DNA of 64,000 nucleotides, from positions 1-64,000 of the IMG/VR virus record IMGVR_UViG_3300042446_001529; one strand, written 5' to 3'. A program made the position numbers and the translations under genes. The notes beneath the pieces were generated by a model. That model ran no database searches. It worked only from the letters and a program-made list of their open reading frames with translations, and was not told where the DNA came from. Shown here one piece after another: positions 7,457-16,930 of the stretch. The number at the start of each line of letters is the position of its first letter. Position 1 is the first letter of the stretch. The stretch is from a virus. Lineage: Duplodnaviria > Caudoviricetes.

Positions 7457-8722
7457 ATGGCTCGTAAGACTTATCCCAACACGCCGGAAGAGGAAGCCGC
7501 TAGCATAAATGCAAAGAGTGGCAAACCCGATAGCATCACCGCTGCACAAGTGTCCAACAATCGCGCACTTAATGAAAAATTAACAGCGGCATTTGGATTC
7601 GGCGGCGATAAAGCACCATCTTCGGGGCCCGGCAGTAATCCTGTGGCTCCTTTTTCACAACTGGTAGCAGGTATTTCAGAAAACATCAGCCAGGCCACTA
7701 ATGAAGGACAAGCATCTCTGCAAGACGCTACTTCTGTCACGGACAAACTCAAACTTGACGACAAGGTTTCTGATCTATCTGGCGGATTTAAATCAGGATT
7801 AAACCAGTTAGCAGGAGGTGCAAAAAACTTCAGCGCCAGTGCTATGGGTGGTAACAATACCATACAAAGTGCTGTGGGAGGTGCAGTTGATAAACTAAGA
7901 ACAGTTGCAGGTTCGACGAGTAACATAGCAGCAGATATCTCCGGAACAATTAACAAACTTACTGGTGGCAATCTTGCAGGTGGATTAATGAAAGCTGCCG
8001 GTGAGATCAGTGGAGCAGCAGGCATGCTCAACAATATACTTAGTCTCAAGCGAGGCATCAACATACCCAAAGGGGCAGAAGTGTTTGCACCACAAGGGCA
8101 GGCTATACAGTTGAAAGCAGGATCCAAGGATGATTGGCGAGTGCGTATAAATTGTGAATGGAATACTTTTAATAGTCCGTTATTCGGAGTTCTCAAACAA
8201 ACTGGCGGTGTGGTATGGCCATACATGCCTAGCATCACTGTCAGCACCAAGGCAGAATACAATACCATACCTATAACTCATGCCAACTATTCTCAATACA
8301 GTTATAAAAACAGTGTGGTTGATGATATATCGATCAGCGGTGAGTTCAGCTGCGAAACTGCCACAGACGGTGCCTATTGGATAGCAGCAACTACATTTTT
8401 TAAAACAGCTACTAAGATGTTTTTTGGGCAAGGTGACCTTGCAGGCAATCCACCTATCATTTGTAATCTCACAGGTTACGGTAGTCATGTGTTTGACAAG
8501 GTTCCTGTGATTATAAAATCATTCTCAGTGGATTTCAAAGACGATGTAAACTATATCAAATGTGATCCTTTCAACAACGGCAAGTACACTTGGGTGCCAG
8601 TGTTGAGCACTATCACAGTCAGTGTGGCACCTGTATACAGTAGACAAGGACTGAGAAAATTCAACTTACAAGACTATGCTAGAGGCAAAATGTCCGGTGA
8701 AGGGCAGGTGGGATACATCTAA
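7457..8722 (+). CDS. Baseplate / tail-tube initiator-like protein
   Basis: Gly/Ala-rich N-terminal half; C-terminal beta domain with WPYMPSI, GNPPIIC and VPVIIKSFSV; first gene of the baseplate operon. Confidence 0.55.
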   Translation: MARKTYPNTPEEEAASINAKSGKPDSITAAQVSNNRALNEKLTAAFGFGGDKAPSSGPGSNPVAPFSQLVAGISENISQATNEGQASLQDATSVTDKLKLDDKVSDLSGGFKSGLNQLAGGAKNFSASAMGGNNTIQSAVGGAVDKLRTVAGSTSNIAADISGTINKLTGGNLAGGLMKAAGEISGAAGMLNNILSLKRGINIPKGAEVFAPQGQAIQLKAGSKDDWRVRINCEWNTFNSPLFGVLKQTGGVVWPYMPSITVSTKAEYNTIPITHANYSQYSYKNSVVDDISISGEFSCETATDGAYWIAATTFFKTATKMFFGQGDLAGNPPIICNLTGYGSHVFDKVPVIIKSFSVDFKDDVNYIKCDPFNNGKYTWVPVLSTITVSVAPVYSRQGLRKFNLQDYARGKMSGEGQVGYI

Positions 8723-9021
8723 TGGCCAAATACGCAAAAACCAGTCCCTGGTCTGATACTAGGCAGAATAATTTTTATCTTGATCTCTTAGAGATTAGAC
8801 CGGTGCCGTCCGAACCAGACGATTTTAGATATGTGATCGAAAATCAATATAGACATCGTCCAGATCTGTTGGCATACGATGTCTACGGTAACGCCAAACT
8901 GTGGTGGGTGTTTGTGCAAAGAAACATGAGTGTGATCAAAGACCCCATATACGATTTTGAACCAGGAACTGTGATATACCTGCCTAAAAAAACAAACCTT
9001 TCAAAGTTTTTAGGAGTATAA
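8722..9021 (+). CDS. Baseplate wedge protein (T4 gp53-like, LysM-like)
   Basis: RPDLLAYDVYGNAKLWWV...N motif. Confidence 0.85.
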   Translation: MAKYAKTSPWSDTRQNNFYLDLLEIRPVPSEPDDFRYVIENQYRHRPDLLAYDVYGNAKLWWVFVQRNMSVIKDPIYDFEPGTVIYLPKKTNLSKFLGV

Positions 9022-11433
9022 ATGGTAGCAAGATTTATTCCTGCAGGTAAAGAGTTAGTTTTTAAACCAGACGGCACTCGATCTATTGAAGAATTTACTA
9101 ACAGCGTTCTCAGCATAGGTACCGCCGTGAGAAAAACTCTTGAGGTGCCAGCACGAGCCTCTGATGTGTTGGAAAATGGTAAATCTAATCAAGAAACAAA
9201 ATCAAACACCACAGCTGCGTCGGCCAAGAAAAATCTGCCCGCATTGGTTCGCAACCCCATGGAAGTGTTTGTCAGCAATAATGTGCTATGGACATTTGCT
9301 TGTTTGACTTCCGAACAATTCAATGATCCGAAATCGTATAGAAATAATCCATCAGCTTTGAAAAATATAGTGTTTTCATCTGGAGGACGGTTTGACGCAG
9401 ACAGAGTAGCGACATTTTTTGGCAGTCCAGAATACTACATTAACAACTTTGTAATGCAGACAGTGATAGGAGCCAATGAAGCCACAGGTAACAGCAATGC
9501 TGTTAAATTTTCATTTGATATAATCGAACCACATTCTATGGGACTGCTGTTACAAAGCATGCAGAATGCCGCAGTAAAAGCAGGATACCTTAGTTATCTA
9601 GACAACGCACCGTTTGTGTTACGCATGGACATTCAAGGATTCAATGAACTAGGGCAGAATTTGTCTCAGATAAAACCCAAGTATTTTGTAATGAAACTAT
9701 CGTCTACCAAGTTCACGGTCAATGAAAGCGGCAGTGTATACAAGGTAGAAGCCATCCCATATAACCATCAGGGATTTTCTGATACTATCAACACCACTTA
9801 CAGTGATGTAAAAATATTTGCTAGCGGCAAAGGCCATGTATTTGATCTGTTATCAGGCAGCGAAGGCAGTCTTGTAGCATATCTCAACAATAACGAAAAA
9901 AAACTCAAGGCCGAAGGAAAGATTACTGAAACAGATGAATATGTCATACAGTTTCCTATACTGTCCAGTGACTGGCAAAGTTCAGCAGGCAATCAATCAG
10001 AAATAAAAAAAGCCACAGTAGATCCAAATGCTGTGGAAAATAAAAAAGCTGAGGTCAAAACCTCTATGATCAAAATCGATCCACAGCTACTAGATCAGAA
10101 CAGCATAGCCTCTGCCAGTCTAGGCTTTGACCAAAGTTCTGGTGGTAGAGCTATTTTCAAACGAGCCGGCGATCAATTCGACGAAAAAACAGGTGTTTTA
10201 AAAAGAGAAGGAATGACCATAGATCCAAAAACCCGAGCCTTTCAATTTGGACAGAGTCAGTCATTGACAGCAATCATAAATCAAGTTATTCTCAGCTCAG
10301 AATATGCCACTGATGCCTTAGAGCCAAAAAATCTCACACCGCAGGGATTTATCAAGTGGTTTAAGCTAGATGTGCAGATAGAATTGTTAAAACCTGATAC
10401 GCTCACAGGCGATTATGCAAAAAGGATCACTTACAGAGTGGTGCCGTATCTAGTTCATCAAAGCATATTTGCCAACGCCACTTCCGCACCAGTGGGGTAT
10501 GCGGAACTGATGAAAGATGTAGTCAAAGAATATCAATATATCTATACCGGACAAAATGTAGATATCCTTAGTTTCAGTATTGACATCAATAATTTATTTT
10601 ATGCAGGAGCAAATCCTAAACCAGAAGCCGAGGCTGCTAAAACTGCCACACAAGATCAAAACGCATCTGAAACAAAAAATTCTTCTACTAAAACAGGCAA
10701 AGGACAGGCTGCAGAAGTGCAGTCTGCACAAACTGGTAGAGCTAGACCAAAACGTGATCCTAGACTATTAAAAGGATTCAAAGGTGGATCTGAATACAAA
10801 ACTGTTGAACAGAATGTTGCGGAGAATTTTCAAGAAGCGTTTATCAGTGGCAGCAGTGCTGACATGGTCACGGTAAATCTTGAAATACTTGGTGATCCTT
10901 ATTGGTTGATAGATTCAGGAATGAGTAATTATTTTGTAGGGGCTGCTTCTCCTACAGCTCAGATAACAGACGATGGCACTATGAACTATGAAAGCGGCAA
11001 CGTCTATATCTACATGACATTTAGAACTCCAGCTGATGTAAACACATTAACTGGGCTATATGATTTTTCAATAGCAGGAAAGGAAAGCCCATTTGGTGGT
11101 ATATATAGGGTTGTCAGCTGTGAAAATCAATTCAATGATGGAAATTGGAAACAAAAATTGAAATGTATTAGAATGCCAGGCCCACAAGGACCGGAAGTCA
11201 ACGAAACTATTACCGGAGACAAAGCATCAGTGGTAGACAAAGCAGATGTGCCAGCGGTAGAAATAGGCGACAAAGAACCGCCAAAAACATCATTGGTTGA
11301 CAGCAGTGCTTCTAGCTCTACAGTTGGAGCTGACACTGCATCCTCTAGCACAGGCGCTCAACCAACCACTACATCTAATCAACCCCAACGAAGAGTGGGC
11401 TTTAGATATTATCGAGATCTAGGACAAAATTAA
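9022..11433 (+). CDS. Probable baseplate hub protein (gp27-like)
   Basis: Position between gp53 and gp5; C-terminal LEILGDPYW and GIYRVVSCENQF..G.WKQ.L pattern. Confidence 0.55.
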   Translation: MVARFIPAGKELVFKPDGTRSIEEFTNSVLSIGTAVRKTLEVPARASDVLENGKSNQETKSNTTAASAKKNLPALVRNPMEVFVSNNVLWTFACLTSEQFNDPKSYRNNPSALKNIVFSSGGRFDADRVATFFGSPEYYINNFVMQTVIGANEATGNSNAVKFSFDIIEPHSMGLLLQSMQNAAVKAGYLSYLDNAPFVLRMDIQGFNELGQNLSQIKPKYFVMKLSSTKFTVNESGSVYKVEAIPYNHQGFSDTINTTYSDVKIFASGKGHVFDLLSGSEGSLVAYLNNNEKKLKAEGKITETDEYVIQFPILSSDWQSSAGNQSEIKKATVDPNAVENKKAEVKTSMIKIDPQLLDQNSIASASLGFDQSSGGRAIFKRAGDQFDEKTGVLKREGMTIDPKTRAFQFGQSQSLTAIINQVILSSEYATDALEPKNLTPQGFIKWFKLDVQIELLKPDTLTGDYAKRITYRVVPYLVHQSIFANATSAPVGYAELMKDVVKEYQYIYTGQNVDILSFSIDINNLFYAGANPKPEAEAAKTATQDQNASETKNSSTKTGKGQAAEVQSAQTGRARPKRDPRLLKGFKGGSEYKTVEQNVAENFQEAFISGSSADMVTVNLEILGDPYWLIDSGMSNYFVGAASPTAQITDDGTMNYESGNVYIYMTFRTPADVNTLTGLYDFSIAGKESPFGGIYRVVSCENQFNDGNWKQKLKCIRMPGPQGPEVNETITGDKASVVDKADVPAVEIGDKEPPKTSLVDSSASSSTVGADTASSSTGAQPTTTSNQPQRRVGFRYYRDLGQN

Positions 11434-13028
11434 TGGCAGAATTATCAAGACCGTCGGTTGATGATGAAGGCAGAAGCGGTGGATTAACCACGGGCATATA
11501 CATCGCCCGAGTTATTAGTCATCTTGACCCTTCCTTCATGGGATCTATCGAAGTTACCTTATTGAAAGATCAGTCAAACGCATCAGGTGACGACAGTCAA
11601 ACTTTTATTGTGAAATACGCATCGCCGTTTTTCGGTTATACTCCATTTGAATTCATGGGAAACAACGATGGATCAAAGTCAACCATTGACGGGTTCAGCG
11701 ACACACAGAAATCATACGGCATGTGGTTTGTACCGCCGGATGTTGGTGTTAATGTGTTGGTATTGTTTGTCAATGGCGATCCTGCAGCAGGTTATTGGTT
11801 TGCCTGCGTACCTGGCATCAACATCAATCACATGGTACCAGCCATAGCTAGCAGCACTGTAAACAGTTTAGATGCTGAAGATAAAAAAAGATATGGTAAT
11901 ACTACATTGCCCTTGCCTGTGGCTGAAATCAACAAACGCATCAATGGCGACACACAGGAAATTGATCCAGAAAAATATCCTAGAGTGGTTCATCCTATAG
12001 CAGATAGATTTCTTGAACAAGGCCTATTAGAGGATGATGTTAGAGGATTCAATACAAGTTCACCGAGACGAGAAGCTCCTAGCATGGTGTTTGGTATTTC
12101 TACTCCGGGCCCGCTTGATCGCAGAACCAGTGCTAAAAAACAACAGATAGGCAAATCAGACAGTCAGGCTACTGTGCCAGTGAGTAGATTAGGTGGCACA
12201 CAGTTGGTCATGGATGACGGCAATGATAGATTTCACAGAGAAAAATCTGCAGCAGAAGGTCCAGTGAAATACATCGATCTTTTAGATCCTACTAATCAGA
12301 AAAAAGGTGATACAGGATCTGCAACGATCCCTGCTAGTGAATATTTTAGAGTAAGAACAAGAACTGGGCATCAGATCCTGATGCACAACTCAGAAGATCT
12401 AATCTATATTGCCAATGCTCGTGGCACAGCATGGATAGAACTTACCAGCAACGGTAAGATCGATGTCTATGCACAAGACAGCATCAGTGTGCATACACAG
12501 CAAGATCTCAACATACGTGCTGCTCGAGATATAAATCTAGAAGCAGGTAGAAATATTAATATGAGAACTGAATCAGGTAAGTGGCACGTAGAAATTGCCA
12601 CAGACATGGAATTTTTAATCAACAATGATTCTAAACTCACAGTGGGTGCTAACCTAGATATATTAGTCGGAGCCAAGACTAAAATATCCACCAACAACGA
12701 TCTAGATATTGCATCCGGAGCAGAAACTAAAATTAGCTCCACTTCAGATATCAATCTAGGTAGTGGCGCAGAAGTCAAAGTCAACGGTACTAAAATATTT
12801 TTTAACGGTCCTACAAACGCAGAAACTGCCGAGGCTGCTGACTTTGTAAGACCCTATGATCTCAGAGACAATTTAGCCACTAGCACCACAGCAGGTTGGG
12901 ACAAGCGTTACCAAGCCGGCATTGTAAAAAGCTTCATGAAACGCATACCCATGCATGAGCCTTGGGCCTTGCATGAACATAGAGCACCGCAATTATTAAC
13001 TCCAGATAAAACTGACAGGGACACCTAA
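11433..13028 (+). CDS. Baseplate central spike (gp5 / VgrG-like), no lysozyme domain
   Basis: OB-fold with SYGMWFVPPDVG..VLV.F, RTRTGHQILM, beta-helix repeats, His-containing tip PMHEPWALHE. Confidence 0.85.
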   Translation: MAELSRPSVDDEGRSGGLTTGIYIARVISHLDPSFMGSIEVTLLKDQSNASGDDSQTFIVKYASPFFGYTPFEFMGNNDGSKSTIDGFSDTQKSYGMWFVPPDVGVNVLVLFVNGDPAAGYWFACVPGININHMVPAIASSTVNSLDAEDKKRYGNTTLPLPVAEINKRINGDTQEIDPEKYPRVVHPIADRFLEQGLLEDDVRGFNTSSPRREAPSMVFGISTPGPLDRRTSAKKQQIGKSDSQATVPVSRLGGTQLVMDDGNDRFHREKSAAEGPVKYIDLLDPTNQKKGDTGSATIPASEYFRVRTRTGHQILMHNSEDLIYIANARGTAWIELTSNGKIDVYAQDSISVHTQQDLNIRAARDINLEAGRNINMRTESGKWHVEIATDMEFLINNDSKLTVGANLDILVGAKTKISTNNDLDIASGAETKISSTSDINLGSGAEVKVNGTKIFFNGPTNAETAEAADFVRPYDLRDNLATSTTAGWDKRYQAGIVKSFMKRIPMHEPWALHEHRAPQLLTPDKTDRDT

Positions 13029-13031
13029 AAC

Positions 13032-13469
13032 ATGGCCACAAGACTATACAACCAACAAACAGCAGCGCAGCGTTCTGCTACGGTAACGCAGAATCAAGGT
13101 CAGTTCACCTATAAAGGATTCAGCTCTACTGAAGCTAATAAGAACTTTAAGCTATACGATATCAATCTTGTCAAACAGGATTTGATCAATCATTTTTATA
13201 TTCGCAAAGGCGAAAAACTGGAAAATCCGGAATTCGGCACAGTGATCTGGGACATGCTGTTTGAACCATTTACTCCAGATGTCAAAGAAATCATAGCCAA
13301 GGATGTAGAAGCTATCATCAACTATGATCCGAGATTTGCAGTCACTGAAATCAACATAGACAGCACAGATCAAGGCATGCGTATTCAAGCAGATTTGGTG
13401 TATATTCCGTTTAACATCAATGAACGCATGACCTTGAACTTTGACAAAAACAACAGTGTGATTAACTAA
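13032..13469 (+). CDS. Baseplate wedge subunit (gp25-like)
   Basis: YKGFS, KGEKLENPEFGT..W..LFEP, YDPR motifs. Confidence 0.9.
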   Translation: MATRLYNQQTAAQRSATVTQNQGQFTYKGFSSTEANKNFKLYDINLVKQDLINHFYIRKGEKLENPEFGTVIWDMLFEPFTPDVKEIIAKDVEAIINYDPRFAVTEINIDSTDQGMRIQADLVYIPFNINERMTLNFDKNNSVIN

Positions 13470-13485
13470 GCAGTTTATTTTTAAG

Positions 13486-13493
13486 GGTAAATA
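13486..13493 (+). promoter_or_regulatory. Late promoter (GGTAAATA)
   Basis: TAAATA core at 13488-13493, 5 nt before the ATG at 13499. Confidence 0.5.
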
Positions 13494-13498
13494 TTGGT

Positions 13499-16400
13499 AT
13501 GACTACAACTAGCAGACAAAACAATCTCATACTGAATCAAGATTGGACCAGGATATATCAGACCTTTAAAAACGCGGATTTCCGCAGCTACGACTTTGAA
13601 AATCTGCGCAGGGTTATTATCACGTACCTACGTGAAAACTACCCAGAAGATTTCAACGACTACATAGAATCATCAGAATACATGGCATTGATTGATGCTG
13701 TGGCGTTCTTAGGTCAGAGTCTGGCATTCCGCATAGATCTTGCCAGCCGTGAAAACTTTATTGAGCTAGCAGAAACCAAAGAAAGTGTGCTGCGTATTGC
13801 TCGCATGCTCAGTTACAATGCCAAACGTACCGCAGCCGCCAGCGGACTTTTAAAATTTGTTTCAGTATCTACCACTGATACTATCGTCGACAGTAATGGC
13901 AAGAATCTTGCTCAACAGTTGATAACCTGGAACGACCCTACCAATACTAACTGGCTAGAACAATTTCTCACTGTGTTGAACAGTGCCATGGCCGACAACA
14001 CAGAATTTGGTCGCAGCCAAGGATCCGCGATTATCCAAGGTATTCCTACTGAGCAATATAGATTCCGAACTGTGGGCACAGATGTTCCTTTGTTCTCGTT
14101 TACTAAGACTGTGGCTAGTAGAAGTGTAAATTTTGAAATAGTCAGCACATCTTTCAAGAACAGTGAAAATATCTATGAAGAGCCTCCAGTTCCGGGTAAC
14201 CAATTGGGATTTATATATAAAAATGATGGATCCGGACCAGGTAGTGCTAACACAGGATTTTTTATACAGTTCAAGCAAGGTAGCTTGGAACTAGCAGATT
14301 TTTCTATAGATGTACCAACTACCAACGAAAAAATTGCAGTGGACGCAGGTAATATCAACAATGACGATGTGTGGTTATTTTCTCTTAATTCGCAAGGTGC
14401 CCAACTGGAAGAATGGACCAAGGTGTCATCGCTAGTAGGCAATAATATTGCATATAACAGCGTAACACAAGACATACGCAACATATATGCTATCAACACC
14501 AAAGAAAATGACAATATTGATCTTGTGTTTGCGGACGGTGTTTACGGAAATCTGCCGCAAGGGGCATTTAGAGTATTTTATAGAACCAGCAATGGTTTAT
14601 CGTATACCATATATCCCAACGAATTAAGAGGTATTAATATTTCTGTATTATACAGAAACAAAAATAATGTTGAACATACACTAACTATAGGGTTGGCTTT
14701 ACAGAGCACTGTAGCAAACTCGGCAGCATCAGAAGACATAGACACCATCCGAGCAAATGCGCCAGCAGTGTATTACACTCAGAATAGAATGATCACTGCA
14801 GAAGATTACAATCTTGCTCCTTTGTTAGGATCGCAAAACATTGTAAAAATAAAATCAGTCAACAGAACCAGCAGCGGCATCAGCAGAAATTTTGACATCA
14901 TTGATGCCACAGGAAAATACAGCAGTATAAATGTATTTGGTGACGACGGATATCTTTATAAAAAAGAAGACGAGTCAGTATTGTCATTTAAATTTACCAG
15001 TAGAATAGACATCATTAACTTTCTTAGACGCAGCATAGAACCAGTTTTTACTGACGCAGAAATTTACAATTTTTATTTTACCAAGTTTGATAAAATACTT
15101 TTCACAGATACCAACACAGTATGGCAGTCTATTTCCACAGCGACCAGCACAGGCTATTTTAAAAATGTGGTAGATAACTCACAGTTGTTGGTAGGTGCAT
15201 ATTCAACTAGTAACCTAAAATATGTGTTGACTAACGCAACTGTGAAATTTACAGCCCCTGCAGGCAGTAGATTTAAAAAAGGAAAAATTGTTCCAGCTGA
15301 TGTCAATGACGCAGATCAAACAGATTATATCTGGGCAAAAATTATCAAAGTTTCCGGCGACGGCCGCTATGTCAAAGGTCTTGGTCCTATATTGTTGAAT
15401 ATTGTAGTGCCAACAGGTGCAATTGCTACACGAATCCTGCCAAGATTTATCAATGACTTACCTACGGCATTAGAAACAGAAATAGTTAATCAAGTTTTTG
15501 AAAATCAAAATTTTGGATTGCGTTATGAATCTTCTGAATCGCAGTGGAAACTAGTGACCAGTAACAATTTAAATCTTGTAGATGATTTTATTCTTGGCAA
15601 GGCAGGAGATACTACAAATACAAATATAGATAGTTCTTGGATAGTGGCATTTGTCAAACAGCCTGACAGTTACACAGTGAGAATTAGAAAGCTTGGTTAT
15701 ATTTTTGGTAGTGTTAATCAGAATAGATTTTACTTTGACTCAAATGAAAAACGTTATAATGATCAATTGGGGTTAGTAGTAAAAGATCAAATCAAGGTTC
15801 TAGGGGTCAATACCAGCAAAGATTTTGTCACGCAACTGATTCAAGATTTTCCTTTTGAAATCAGCGATACAATAAAATTCAGCGACGGCTACGAAAGCAC
15901 CAGTGAAATCAAACTAAGTTTTAGAGACTCTGACGATGACGGAGTTATAGATAATCCTGAAGCATTTGAAAATATAGTAGGCGTTGATACAGATTTAAAT
16001 TTTTTATTTTTTCAAGCTACCAACGATATCTACGGTACTAGAATCAGCACACTAATTGATAACTCTACAGATCTTATATTAATTAGAGATAAACAAGACA
16101 ACATAGATTTTACAGATGTTGTATCATATCCTGATCAACAATTGATTTATTTTTATGATATTGGTGAAAATGTAATTAAACGAGTAAATCGAACAACTAA
16201 TACCCTGGACATCGCCAGCGAATATTCTGCAGTATTGGGTAGGAGAAATCTCAAGTTTCAATATATACACAACGCTAGTGTAGATAGAAGAATAGATCCT
16301 TCCTCTAGCAACATCATTGATATCTATCTGTTAATTAGAAGTTATGATGAAAGTTATAGAACATATCTTGCAGGCGGTACATCCACCCAACCAGTAGCAC

Positions 16401-16930
16401 CTACTAGTGAAGCGTTAAGAACTACATTTGGATCTGCGCTATCATCGATAAAAAGCATCAGTGATGACATAATATATCATCCTGTAAAATATAAAGTGCT
16501 GTTTGGCGCCAAGGCTGATCCTGCGTTTCAAGCCGTGTTCAAGATTGTGAAAAATCAAAATCTGTCTATCAACGATAACGATCTCAAGGTAAGAATTATT
16601 TCAGCTATCAACGATTTCTTTGATATCAACAATTGGGATTTTGGAGACAGATTCTATATGGGCGAACTTACTACGTATATTTTAAATACTGTAGCTCCGG
16701 ACCTAGCAAATATTGTGATCATTCCAAGACAAACAAGTCAGGCATTTGGCAGTCTTTTTGAAATACAAAGCAATCCTGATGAAATTTTAATTAGCGCAGC
16801 CACAGTTGATGATATAGAAATTGTATCTGCGATCACTGCTGCTGAAATAGGTACAAGAACAAACACAAGTGTGCAATCTGAAAATGAACAAGTTACAACA
16901 TACCAGACTAGTAGCGGAGGATACGTTTAA
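13499..16930 (+). CDS. Baseplate wedge subunit (gp6-like)
   Basis: DFENLR, FNDYIESS, LARM-type SYN motif, FADGVYG.LP, QNRMITAEDY. Confidence 0.9.
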   Translation: MTTTSRQNNLILNQDWTRIYQTFKNADFRSYDFENLRRVIITYLRENYPEDFNDYIESSEYMALIDAVAFLGQSLAFRIDLASRENFIELAETKESVLRIARMLSYNAKRTAAASGLLKFVSVSTTDTIVDSNGKNLAQQLITWNDPTNTNWLEQFLTVLNSAMADNTEFGRSQGSAIIQGIPTEQYRFRTVGTDVPLFSFTKTVASRSVNFEIVSTSFKNSENIYEEPPVPGNQLGFIYKNDGSGPGSANTGFFIQFKQGSLELADFSIDVPTTNEKIAVDAGNINNDDVWLFSLNSQGAQLEEWTKVSSLVGNNIAYNSVTQDIRNIYAINTKENDNIDLVFADGVYGNLPQGAFRVFYRTSNGLSYTIYPNELRGINISVLYRNKNNVEHTLTIGLALQSTVANSAASEDIDTIRANAPAVYYTQNRMITAEDYNLAPLLGSQNIVKIKSVNRTSSGISRNFDIIDATGKYSSINVFGDDGYLYKKEDESVLSFKFTSRIDIINFLRRSIEPVFTDAEIYNFYFTKFDKILFTDTNTVWQSISTATSTGYFKNVVDNSQLLVGAYSTSNLKYVLTNATVKFTAPAGSRFKKGKIVPADVNDADQTDYIWAKIIKVSGDGRYVKGLGPILLNIVVPTGAIATRILPRFINDLPTALETEIVNQVFENQNFGLRYESSESQWKLVTSNNLNLVDDFILGKAGDTTNTNIDSSWIVAFVKQPDSYTVRIRKLGYIFGSVNQNRFYFDSNEKRYNDQLGLVVKDQIKVLGVNTSKDFVTQLIQDFPFEISDTIKFSDGYESTSEIKLSFRDSDDDGVIDNPEAFENIVGVDTDLNFLFFQATNDIYGTRISTLIDNSTDLILIRDKQDNIDFTDVVSYPDQQLIYFYDIGENVIKRVNRTTNTLDIASEYSAVLGRRNLKFQYIHNASVDRRIDPSSSNIIDIYLLIRSYDESYRTYLAGGTSTQPVAPTSEALRTTFGSALSSIKSISDDIIYHPVKYKVLFGAKADPAFQAVFKIVKNQNLSINDNDLKVRIISAINDFFDINNWDFGDRFYMGELTTYILNTVAPDLANIVIIPRQTSQAFGSLFEIQSNPDEILISAATVDDIEIVSAITAAEIGTRTNTSVQSENEQVTTYQTSSGGYV

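Noticed and set aside
7435-7467. 10-codon upstream ORF just after the late promoter, overlapping the 7457 start
   Set aside because: Too short to distinguish from chance without conservation data.
7471-8268. 265-aa antisense ORF and the many other antisense ORFs across 9-58 kb
   Set aside because: Shadows of real genes caused by codon bias; no RBS or motifs.
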